This document shows, piece by piece, positions 24,120 to 32,000 of a DNA stretch of 32,000 nucleotides (the stretch's first letter is position 1; every line of letters starts with the position of its first letter). The position numbers and the translations under genes were made by a program. This DNA is from Candidatus Brocadia sp. (GTDB taxonomy: Bacteria > Planctomycetota > Brocadiia > Brocadiales > Brocadiaceae), in contig CP091279.1 of assembly GCA_021650915.1 (NCBI GenBank), positions 1,470,001-1,502,000 of the forward strand, in the 5' to 3' direction. The notes beneath the pieces were generated by a model. The model had not been told where the DNA came from, did no database searches, and saw only the letters and a list, made by a program, of their open reading frames with translations.

Positions 24120-25394
24120 ATGAAAAAAACGCTGGTGGGAATCGGTCTTATCGTGAGTTTTCTCGGTTGTACTTCTCCAAACAAAAAGCATGACACGAGC
24201 ACCGCCGATCAATACCAACGGGCGATGTATTTTAATAACCTGGGCGCAAAATGTGTAAACAAAAATCTGATTGACGAAGCAATTCTCCATTTCAAAAGGG
24301 CGCTTTTCATAAAACCAGATTTTGCAGAAGTCCATAACAACCTGGGTGTGGCCTACAACAGACAAAAGATGTTTGATGAAGCGATCGGAGAGTTTAAAGA
24401 AGCGATTAAAATTAATCCCGATTATTCCAAAGCGCATGATAATCTGGGATTCGCATACCGGCAGAAGAACATGTTCGACGAAGCTATCGCAGAACATACC
24501 TTGGCGCTGAAGATAAATCCCAAAGACATGGAAGCAAAAAAGAATTTAGACACAGCGACCGAAGAAAAAAAGATATATGAAAAAACCAAGGCATACGCCA
24601 CTGCAAACAAGGGATTAGCTCCCGGAAATATCACGGGATATAATCACTATGCAAGGGGATTTTTTGACGAAGCGATACTTTCTTTCAAAAAGGTGCTTGC
24701 TGAGGACCCTAACGATATTATGGCGTTAAGCTGCCTGGGAAACGCTTATAGCATGAAGGGGATGCTGGATGATGCCATCCGCGCATACAAAGAAACCGTT
24801 TCTAAAGACCCATCAAACGTCGTTGCTCAACTCTATCTCGGCGACGCTTACCTTAGCAAAGGACTTTGCGATGAAGCCATTCTGGAATACGAACAGATAC
24901 TAAGAACACATCCTGACAACACCCGCGCCCTTTATAAATTAGGCGAGGCTTATGCAGACAAGGGGATGCCCGACAAGGCTAGCGCTATCTTTAACAAGGC
25001 GATTGTAATGCATCCGAATTTCACGGAGGCTTACGATAAGCTGGGCATGGTTTACCTGCAACAGGGGTTCTATGATGAAGCTATTTCTGCGTGGAAAAAA
25101 TTGCTGGAAATAAATCCCGGTTCATCACGGGCACATTTTCATTTAGGGCAGACCTATGCGAATAAACACATGACCGAAGACGCTATTACTCAGTTTAAGA
25201 AGACGGTTGGCGCCAGCCCTACAAACACCGATGCCCGTTATAATCTCGCATACGCCTATGAGGAAAAGGGAATGATCGATGAGGCCGTTGCAGAGTATAA
25301 GAAGGCCATCAGTGTGAATTCCGGTGAACAGGGGAAAATCACAGAAACCGTAAATACTCAGGATGACACCGAAAAAGTGATAGTTACGAAATAA
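24120..25394 (+). CDS. TPR-repeat lipoprotein
   Basis: Has a lipobox SFLGC after a signal-like N-terminus and about 10 tandem 34-aa TPR units (the repeated ...DEAI..YK.A..I.P....A...LG.AY pattern). Confidence 0.85.
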   Translation: MKKTLVGIGLIVSFLGCTSPNKKHDTSTADQYQRAMYFNNLGAKCVNKNLIDEAILHFKRALFIKPDFAEVHNNLGVAYNRQKMFDEAIGEFKEAIKINPDYSKAHDNLGFAYRQKNMFDEAIAEHTLALKINPKDMEAKKNLDTATEEKKIYEKTKAYATANKGLAPGNITGYNHYARGFFDEAILSFKKVLAEDPNDIMALSCLGNAYSMKGMLDDAIRAYKETVSKDPSNVVAQLYLGDAYLSKGLCDEAILEYEQILRTHPDNTRALYKLGEAYADKGMPDKASAIFNKAIVMHPNFTEAYDKLGMVYLQQGFYDEAISAWKKLLEINPGSSRAHFHLGQTYANKHMTEDAITQFKKTVGASPTNTDARYNLAYAYEEKGMIDEAVAEYKKAISVNSGEQGKITETVNTQDDTEKVIVTK

Positions 25395-25441
25395 CGTTTA
25401 CGTTTTGACTGACCTCTTACATAAGAAGAAAGACAGGAGCG

Positions 25442-25675
25442 ATGAAACAAAAACTAAAGGCATTTATTATCATGTCTATGGCAGTGCTTATCGCATTAAT
25501 TGCAATCTATGCCTTTAGACGCGTTTCGCACGTAATCGAGATGGTTCGCGGGCCTGAATTGGCATGGCATTGTTTCGCAATATGGATCAAATGCATTATC
25601 CTGACACAAACCGTATTGGTAATAGGCGGCTTGTTTTTATTTATGCTAAGGAAGCCAAAGGGTACAACCAATTAA
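25442..25675 (+). CDS. Small two-TM membrane protein
   Basis: 77-aa ORF with two hydrophobic helices. Its stop overlaps the next start (TAATG). Confidence 0.45.
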   Translation: MKQKLKAFIIMSMAVLIALIAIYAFRRVSHVIEMVRGPELAWHCFAIWIKCIILTQTVLVIGGLFLFMLRKPKGTTN

Positions 25676-26076
25676 TGACGCGCTTTATTGTACTTTTCAT
25701 AGCGGCCTATGTCGTTTACACCATCGTGAAAAAAAGCCTAAAACGAACGCCGTCCGGGAACGACGCTCAACAGCGCACAGATAAGAAATCACAACCCGTA
25801 GTTACCCACCTGAAAGAAATTGCCTACGTCTGTTATTCTGCAGCCAACGACGACGATACCTGCGATGTGTGCAGGGAATTTGATGGAAGACACATGCTTC
25901 CCAATCATAAAATATTACAACGCGTAAAACCCCCGCACGCCGGATGCAAAAGTCCCAAAGGATGCCGATGTACGCTGGTATATGTAACACGTGATGAAGA
26001 CGGCAGCAGTGAGGTAGAATCGTTGCTCAAGAAACATGGCGGCATGTGCGACCGGCAAACCATCGAACGGAATTGA
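25675..26076 (+). CDS. Membrane-anchored protein with a phage Mu gpF / SPP1 gp7-like Cys-rich C-terminal domain
   Basis: The internal start MTRFIVLFIAAYVVYTIV is a TM helix. The C-terminus CDVCREFDGRHML...PPHAGC...GCRC fits the CxxC...PPxHxxC..CRC pattern. The longer ORF-track start (25564) overlaps the upstream ORF. Confidence 0.5.
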   Translation: MTRFIVLFIAAYVVYTIVKKSLKRTPSGNDAQQRTDKKSQPVVTHLKEIAYVCYSAANDDDTCDVCREFDGRHMLPNHKILQRVKPPHAGCKSPKGCRCTLVYVTRDEDGSSEVESLLKKHGGMCDRQTIERN

Positions 26077-26141
26077 ATCAGCGAATACCGCGCCGAACAA
26101 GATTTTTGCCACAATAGACAAAAGCTCCTCACGGGGATACT

Positions 26142-26495
26142 ATGCAAAAGACTATTGTCATTTTTATAACGACCAGCTCACAGGATGAGGCGAAAAAGAT
26201 CGGACAGATCTTAAGAGAAGAAAACCTTATTGCCTGTTGCAATATCGTTCCGTCCATTGAGTCTATTTTCACGTGGCAAGGCAGAACGCTCCATGAAAAA
26301 GAGACGCTCATGATATGCAAGACGCGGGAAGACCTGTTCGACGCCGTGGAAAAACGGGTCAGGCAATTGCATAGTTACGAAGTGCCGGAAATTATTGCCC
26401 TGCCCATTATCCAGGGCTCGAAGGACTATCTGGATTGGGTCGCACAAGAAACCAAGACCATCACGGAAACGGAAGGAACAGAGACTACGAAATAA
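26142..26495 (+). CDS. cutA: Divalent-cation tolerance protein CutA
   Basis: 117-aa ORF with a CutA1 pattern (VIFITTSS..EA..I...L.EE.LIACCNI.P.I.S...W.G). Confidence 0.85.
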   Translation: MQKTIVIFITTSSQDEAKKIGQILREENLIACCNIVPSIESIFTWQGRTLHEKETLMICKTREDLFDAVEKRVRQLHSYEVPEIIALPIIQGSKDYLDWVAQETKTITETEGTETTK

Positions 26496-27042
26496 AAATC
26501 CCTGCCGCTTCCATTAAATCCTTTACTACGTAATCAATAGCTTTTCCGGATGTGGCGCAAACATCATCGTTCCCACGGTTTCTTATCAACATGCTTTTAC
26601 ATCCGGCATTTTTCCCCGCCAGCATATCTGTTTCTGAATCACCGATCATGAGAGATTGTGTCAAATCAAGGTGATATTTTCGGGCAGCCGCAAGTATCAT
26701 TCCGGGCTTGGGTTTTCTGCAATCACAATCCATCGTGTAGCGCTCGATAATGCCTTCGGGGTGATGCGGACAATAGTACCAATCGTCAATGAGCGCCCCC
26801 TCGCCTTTCAGCATGGCATCCAATTTCTCGTGGATAAGCATCAACCGTTCCTCGTCGAAGAACCCCCTGGCAATGCCCGATTGATTCGTAATAACAATAA
26901 CCAGATAGTCATGCTCTTTAAAGCGGTGAATCCCCTGTGCGACATGGGGAAGTATCTTTAACTGATCCGGGGAACTGAGATAATGCTCGTGGACAACCAT
27001 CGTACCGTCCCGATCGAGAAATACGGCCTTTCTCTTTTTCAT
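26485..27042 (-). CDS. gmhB: D-glycero-D-manno-heptose 1,7-bisphosphate phosphatase
   Basis: Has the HAD motif FLDRDGT and the GmhB zinc-finger-like CDCRKPKPGM. It lies in a heptose gene cluster. Confidence 0.85.
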   Translation of the reverse strand: MKKRKAVFLDRDGTMVVHEHYLSSPDQLKILPHVAQGIHRFKEHDYLVIVITNQSGIARGFFDEERLMLIHEKLDAMLKGEGALIDDWYYCPHHPEGIIERYTMDCDCRKPKPGMILAAARKYHLDLTQSLMIGDSETDMLAGKNAGCKSMLIRNRGNDDVCATSGKAIDYVVKDLMEAAGIFIS

Positions 27043-27617
27043 TCAGGTCCCGTTCCAAAAAGTTCCTTCTCGATCAGAGAGCACAAGATATGCCCAACGG
27101 TAATATGACATTCCTGTATCCGCGGTGTATTAGCGGAGGGTATTTGCAGGCAGATATCCACCGATTCTTTTAAGAGGCCGCCGTCCTTTCCGGTGAATCC
27201 AATGGTCATCGCCCCGCGAGCCTTCGCAATTTGGACGGCGCTGAGTATACCCTTTGAATTTCCGCTGGTACTCAGCGCCAGGACAACGTCACCCGGACCC
27301 GCCAGAGCCTCCACCTGCCTGGCAAAACAGGTATCATATCCAAAATCATTTGCCAGGGCGGTCATGACCGAGGTATCCGTCGTCAAAGCAACTGCCGGAA
27401 GGGGGCGCCGGTTCATCTTGAACCTTCCGATCAATTCCCCCGCAATATGCTGGGCATCCGCCGCGCTTCCTCCGTTGCCAATGAGATACAGCCGGTGGCC
27501 GTTCTTGAATGCAGTAATGAGTGTGCCGGCTATCGCCCGGATCACATCAGGATGCGTAACCAATAAGGCCTTTTTCGTGTCGATGCTTTCCTGTAGTTGA
27601 ACTTCAATGTCATTCAT
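27039..27617 (-). CDS. gmhA: Phosphoheptose isomerase (SIS domain)
   Basis: 192-aa ORF with GNGGSAADAQHIAGEL and LSTSGNS SIS motifs. It overlaps gmhB by 4 nt. Confidence 0.9.
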   Translation of the reverse strand: MNDIEVQLQESIDTKKALLVTHPDVIRAIAGTLITAFKNGHRLYLIGNGGSAADAQHIAGELIGRFKMNRRPLPAVALTTDTSVMTALANDFGYDTCFARQVEALAGPGDVVLALSTSGNSKGILSAVQIAKARGAMTIGFTGKDGGLLKESVDICLQIPSANTPRIQECHITVGHILCSLIEKELFGTGPE

Positions 27618-27637
27618 GAGCGTCCGTTGTCCCTGTG

Positions 27638-29161
27638 TTATTGAATTTGATCCGCCGCATTTTTCAAGGATTCCATTTCGCTGTGCCGCTTGATTATCCG
27701 TGAAACGATGTTGGTGGTTGAAACGCCTTCCACAAAAGGCGCATACACAACTTTTCCCCCATAGGATTCCACGAATTCCCCTCCTACCGCCCCCGCGTTC
27801 TTCCAGTCTTCACCCTTCACCAGCACATCTGGTCTTACGGCCTTGATTAAATTCAGCGGGGTTAGTTCATCAAAGGGCACCACGTACGTCACATCCTCCA
27901 GTGCAGCAAGCATTTTTGCCCGATCCGCCTCGGAAACAAAAGGGCGGGTTGGCCCTTTCTGGCTTCTGACAGAGCGGTCGGTATTTAACCCCACAACGAG
28001 CAAATCTCCCTGCTTGCGGGCAAATTTCAGATACTCAATATGGCCCACATGCAAGATGTCAAAGCAACCATTGGTGAATACAATCTTGTCGCTTTTCTTC
28101 CTATGCTCGTTTACGATGTGCGGTATTCCTTCGGCATCTTTAATCTTGCCTGATATCTGGCTTCGGCCGGTCATGAGTTCATGGAGAATTTCATCCTTGC
28201 TGACCGGTGTTGCGCCAATTTTCCCCACCTCTATGCCTGCGGCAATATTGGCAAGGAGTGCGGCATCTTGAAAACTATACCCACTGCCGACCACCATACC
28301 AAAGATGCTGAGCACCATGTCACCGGCTCCCGTAACGTCAAATACCATCCGCGGAACCGTTGGGAAAATCTTTCCACCGTCATCCTTGTGGTAGAGAAAT
28401 ATGCCGTCTTTATCTATGGTGATAATGCAATATTCCAGTGAAAGGCTGGAGGTCAGCTTTTTTCCCGCACGATTCAGGCTGTCAATATCGCTGATTTTTA
28501 TTCCGGTGGCAATCTCCGTTTCGTTTCTGTTAGGAGTCATGGCGGTAACCCCCTCGTAACAGGTATAATCGCTCATCAGCTTCGGATCAACGAGCACCAT
28601 TTTATTATGTCTTCCGCTGAGAGACACGATCGTCTTCAACAGTGAATGAGAAAGGAGGCCCTTATTCATATCGGAAACAAGAACGATATCGCACCCCGGT
28701 ATATTCTTTTTCAAATAGCTGGTAAGCTGCGCTTCGATTTCCTCAGCAATGCCATGGGTCTTTTCATAATCGACACGCAACAATTGCTGAATCCCCTTCC
28801 CTGCGGTTTGTAAATGACCCAGGAAGCGCATCTTCAGAATGGTGGGACGGCTTCTGTCTACACAGATTCCCTCCCGGTCAACTCCCAGGTCACGGAGCAT
28901 GTCCACAAGGGTATGTCCATGAGCGTCATCACCAATAATCCCGCATGCAAGCACCTGCGCACCCAGGGCCTGCAGATTGTTCACAACGCTCCCGGCGCCT
29001 CCGGGACGAACGTCTTCAGAAGAGACACTAATCACGGGTATCGGCGCCTCTTGCGAGATGCGTTTTACTTCACCCCGCACGTACTTATCAAGCATAAAGT
29101 CCCCGACAACCATAATCCTCGGAGAACCGAGGTTTGCGATAATATTGAGCAGGGTATCCAT
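27638..29161 (-). CDS. hldE: Bifunctional D-beta-D-heptose 7-phosphate kinase / heptose 1-phosphate adenylyltransferase
   Basis: Has an N-terminal PfkB-like kinase half (DVTGAGD) and a C-terminal cytidylyltransferase half (FTNGCFDILHVGH). Confidence 0.9.
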   Translation of the reverse strand: MDTLLNIIANLGSPRIMVVGDFMLDKYVRGEVKRISQEAPIPVISVSSEDVRPGGAGSVVNNLQALGAQVLACGIIGDDAHGHTLVDMLRDLGVDREGICVDRSRPTILKMRFLGHLQTAGKGIQQLLRVDYEKTHGIAEEIEAQLTSYLKKNIPGCDIVLVSDMNKGLLSHSLLKTIVSLSGRHNKMVLVDPKLMSDYTCYEGVTAMTPNRNETEIATGIKISDIDSLNRAGKKLTSSLSLEYCIITIDKDGIFLYHKDDGGKIFPTVPRMVFDVTGAGDMVLSIFGMVVGSGYSFQDAALLANIAAGIEVGKIGATPVSKDEILHELMTGRSQISGKIKDAEGIPHIVNEHRKKSDKIVFTNGCFDILHVGHIEYLKFARKQGDLLVVGLNTDRSVRSQKGPTRPFVSEADRAKMLAALEDVTYVVPFDELTPLNLIKAVRPDVLVKGEDWKNAGAVGGEFVESYGGKVVYAPFVEGVSTTNIVSRIIKRHSEMESLKNAADQIQ

Positions 29162-29205
29162 GAGCGAAAAACTCCTTTAAAAATGCGTATGTTCCCTTTC
29201 CTGTT

Positions 29206-29832
29206 TCAGGGAATCGTTTCGGCGGGTTTACCCGTTTCCTCATCCAGAAAGTAGGCTATTTTCACATTCAGTGCAGATGATAACTTGTCCAGGGTCGCAA
29301 GGGAAGCGGCGATTTGTCCATTTTCAATCTGTGATAACAAACTCGGCGACAAGCCGGTACGGCTGGCCAATTGTTTCTGAGTGATTTTTTTACTCTTTCG
29401 CAGTGATTTCAGGTTTTTCCCCACCGAACTTTTCAGCCTGTCCTTTGAGCTTCCCACGAGGCAGTAGGTCTTTTGCGCATTATTCAGCGCCTTGCGCAAA
29501 TCGTTTAAATCAAACGGCTTTTTCAAATAATCAAAGGCATCAAGCTTCATCGCTTCGACGGCCGTCTTAAAGGAAGGGTACCCCGTCAATATAATAACGC
29601 AGATATTCTGGTATCGCGCTTTTATTTCCTTCAGTAATTCCGTGCCGCTGGTTTGCGGCATTTTGAGGTCCAGAATAACAATGGGATATTTTTCCCCTTC
29701 GAGGACGGGCAGGGTATCCATCGGCTCGGTAATCCCCCTGACAACGTATCCCTCGTCCGTCAAAAATTTTGTCAAATACTGATTGTAATCCTTATCGTCG
29801 TCAACAACTAATATCTTTATCCCTCTATCCAT
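29206..29832 (-). CDS. Response regulator with a receiver domain and a C-terminal XRE-type HTH
   Basis: Has receiver motifs (ILVVDDD, DLKMP) and a C-terminal KKITQKQLASRTGLSPSLLSQIENGQ (HTH_3/XRE pattern). Confidence 0.8.
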   Translation of the reverse strand: MDRGIKILVVDDDKDYNQYLTKFLTDEGYVVRGITEPMDTLPVLEGEKYPIVILDLKMPQTSGTELLKEIKARYQNICVIILTGYPSFKTAVEAMKLDAFDYLKKPFDLNDLRKALNNAQKTYCLVGSSKDRLKSSVGKNLKSLRKSKKITQKQLASRTGLSPSLLSQIENGQIAASLATLDKLSSALNVKIAYFLDEETGKPAETIP

Positions 29833-32000
29833 GTACCGTTACCTTTCCACAGTCTGCGGGTAAGCTGATATGAAAGGTAGTGCCCCTCCCTATTTTGCTT
29901 TTCACCTGAATTGTGCCACGATGTCTTTTCACGATCCCATAGCTGATAGATAATCCCAGGCCAGTTCCTCTTCCCACTTCTTTTGTCGTAAAAAAAGGAT
30001 CAAAAATTTTGGGCATCATATCCTCAGCTATTCCCGTACCGGTGTCTTTGAAACTGATATGCACGGTACGCTTATCTTTTTGAGTTGTTGTTATTGCAAT
30101 CGTATCCCCGTTAATGGTAGCATCATCCGCATTAATCAAGAGATTCATAAATACCTGCTGCAACTGCTCAGCAAAGCCATTGATTTTTGGCAGACGGGGA
30201 GATAGTTTTACCCTGATATTTTTATTTTTTGCAGCAAATTGCTCCACAATGAGGGAAACCGTATCTTTGATCAGCTCGTTAATGTTCACTGGTTTTGGTT
30301 GTTCATTTCCCTCAAAATGAGATAGTTCCAGCAAAGAATCAACGGTTTTTTCAATACGTTTTGTTACCTTTTGCATCGTCTTGAATTCTTTCAGCGTCTC
30401 GCTGGCAAAGGAACCGTTCCGCTCCAGAAAGCCCTGTATCATGCCGGAAAGAATCGCCAGGGGGGTATTGATCTCATGAGCGACTCCGGCCGCAAGCCGC
30501 CCAATTGAAATCAAGCGGTCGGAATGCACCAGTTGCTGCTGGAGTCGTTGCTGTTTTTCCTCCTCCTGCTTTCGCTCGGTAATATCCTGAATTAACTCCA
30601 GCACCTGCACCACCTTGCCCTCCTTGTCGAAGATGGGAGAACTCATTACATTGCAGTATTTCTTTTTGTGGTTATGATAAATCACCCGTTCCGTCTGGCT
30701 TATTCTTCCCGTCTCAAATACCCGGACAGACGGGCAATCCGCGGGAACCGACGGAAGGTAACAATACGTCTCAAAGCAGGTTTGGTTCAGAATCTGATTG
30801 CCTGACGGATGATGCTCGATCAATCGCTTATTCGCCCAGCATATTTTATTATGTCGGTCGATAACCAGCAGGTCAGCGCCAATTTCTCTTACAATGTTAT
30901 CCAGTTTTTTCTTTTCCTCAATGAGCTCCGATTCCAGGTTCTTTCTTCTCGTTATGTCCCGGAAATGTATCAGCAGGTATAAAATATTTCCTCCTTCTTT
31001 TACCACGGTAACATCCAGTTCCATAACCAGGACCTGTTGGTTCTTGCTGATAACCTCAATCTCCGTTGTTTGGACATTTTTCTGAACCGCCATGACAAGA
31101 AGCTCTGAAACAAATCGTTTTGATGATTCCGGTAAAAAATCATAAATATACCTGCCTAAAAGCTCCTCCATCGTGTAACCAATAATCTTTTCTTCCCGCT
31201 GATTTACCGTAAGAATCTTGCCGTTCAGGTCAATCATCATCATGGAATCCGCGGCGTGGTTAAACAGCATTTTATACCGTTCTTCCGACGCCTTGATGCG
31301 GTTGAACAGCTTGGTGTTTTCCATGGCAATGGCGAGTTGTGGCGCTATCTGCCAGAGGTAATAATAGCACTGCTCGTGAAAACTATTCGGTTTTTCGCTT
31401 CCAAAAGTAAAAGCGCCGAGCACCTTCCCTTTATACGTGAGGGGAAACCCAAGCCGTGAGTGTATCCGCTCTTTCAACAACACCCTGTCAGTCCAGAATC
31501 TGCCATTTTGGGTGTTGTTGACAATCACGGGCTCACCGGTTTTGATAATTTCCTCGAGGAGACTGCCGGCCAGGGGAAAAGATTCGCCTTCATTGATCTC
31601 GCTGAAAGTATACGTTTTTGCAAGCGCAAACACCTGAAACCATTGTCCCTGTTCATTCGAGGTAATGAGGCATGCGCGATCAAAGGGTATGACCTTCTTT
31701 AACTCACTGCATACCTGGGAAAAACCCTCCCGGATATCCAGACTGGCGGCAATGATTTTATTGGTGTTGCTGATGATTTCTTTTTCCGTGAGCGTCCTCT
31801 TCAGGCTGGCTTCGAGCTGTTGCTTGTAAAGGGCTTTTTCTATGGCCTTCTTTAAATAATCCGGATCGAATGGTTTCAGGACATAATCAACTGTGTCCAG
31901 ACACAGGGAGCTCATAGCGCTCTTTATTTTGTCCTGATCAACCATCACGAGAATGATTGTGTCCGGAGAAACCTCTTTGATTCTGTTCACGAGGGAAAGC
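29825..32000 (-). CDS. Hybrid sensor histidine kinase (REC-GAF-PAS-PAS-HisKA-HATPase), 5' end outside the window
   Basis: The frame is open to the window edge. It has a partial receiver at the N-terminus, a GAF-like segment, two PAS-like segments, the H-box [10 protein letters not shown] and ATPase motifs ([23 protein letters not shown]). It overlaps the response regulator gene by 8 nt. Confidence 0.85.
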   Translation of the reverse strand, partial: LSLVNRIKEVSPDTIILVMVDQDKIKSAMSSLCLDTVDYVLKPFDPDYLKKAIEKALYKQQLEASLKRTLTEKEIISNTNKIIAASLDIREGFSQVCSELKKVIPFDRACLITSNEQGQWFQVFALAKTYTFSEINEGESFPLAGSLLEEIIKTGEPVIVNNTQNGRFWTDRVLLKERIHSRLGFPLTYKGKVLGAFTFGSEKPNSFHEQCYYYLWQIAPQLAIAMENTKLFNRIKASEERYKMLFNHAADSMMMIDLNGKILTVNQREEKIIGYTMEELLGRYIYDFLPESSKRFVSELLVMAVQKNVQTTEIEVISKNQQVLVMELDVTVVKEGGNILYLLIHFRDITRRKNLESELIEEKKKLDNIVREIGADLLVIDRHNKICWANKRLIEHHPSGNQILNQTCFETYCYLPSVPADCPSVRVFETGRISQTERVIYHNHKKKYCNVMSSPIFDKEGKVVQVLELIQDITERKQEEEKQQRLQQQLVHSDRLISIGRLAAGVAHEINTPLAILSGMIQGFLERNGSFASETLKEFKTMQKVTKRIEKTVDSLLELSHFEGNEQPKPVNINELIKDTVSLIVEQFAAKNKNIRVKLSPRLPKINGFAEQLQQVFMNLLINADDATINGDTIAITTTQKDKRTVHISFKDTGTGIAEDMMPKIFDPFFTTKEVGRGTGLGLSISYGIVKRHRGTIQVKSKIGRGTTFHISLPADCGKVTVHG

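Noticed and set aside
25564-25674. The long form (170 aa) of the ORF ending at 26076.
   Set aside because: Its first 37 codons overlap the 77-aa membrane ORF in another frame. The internal ATG at 25675 forms a TAATG stop-start overlap and begins directly with a TM helix.

Overview
This window holds a mobile-element-saturated accessory tract (about 2.0-22.3 kb) between ordinary housekeeping genes.

**Left to right:**
- An AMP-forming acetyl-CoA synthetase.
- A frameshifted transposase combining a DUF4338-like domain with an ISAs1-type DDE domain.
- A twice-frameshifted gene fusing a TM0106/RecB-like nuclease-exonuclease to an IS66-type DDE transposase.
- An orphan Phd/YefM antitoxin with a 19-codon toxin stub.
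- A gene of the 2-hydroxyacyl-CoA dehydratase family.
- Five exactly 117-bp hairpin-ended repeats (REPIN-like). They bracket a RAYT-type HUH/tyrosine transposase, a small zinc-ribbon ORF, an AT-rich membrane-protein gene and a stub of an integron-type integrase.
- A two-module M16 peptidase.
- An IS110-family element.
- An SNF2 helicase translationally coupled to a coiled-coil/zinc-ribbon protein.
- A group II intron (RT/maturase plus a recognisable domain V) abutting a transposase-like N-terminal fragment.

The right third is ordinary. It carries plsC, a PilZ protein, a TPR lipoprotein, two small membrane ORFs, cutA, the heptose genes gmhB-gmhA-hldE, and a response regulator with a hybrid histidine kinase that runs off the window.

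**Most interesting:**
1. The structured IS110 leader has internal loops carrying 6-9 nt matches to the element's own left flank, right flank and ends. A perfect TTGACA-17 nt-TATAAT promoter would form only after circularisation. Both fit a bridge-RNA-guided IS110 element.
2. The RAYT/REPIN cluster.
3. The nuclease-IS66 and DUF4338-ISAs1 fusion architectures.
4. The uncharacterised SNF2 + zinc-ribbon gene pair.

All family assignments come from motif recognition by eye. No database search was run.
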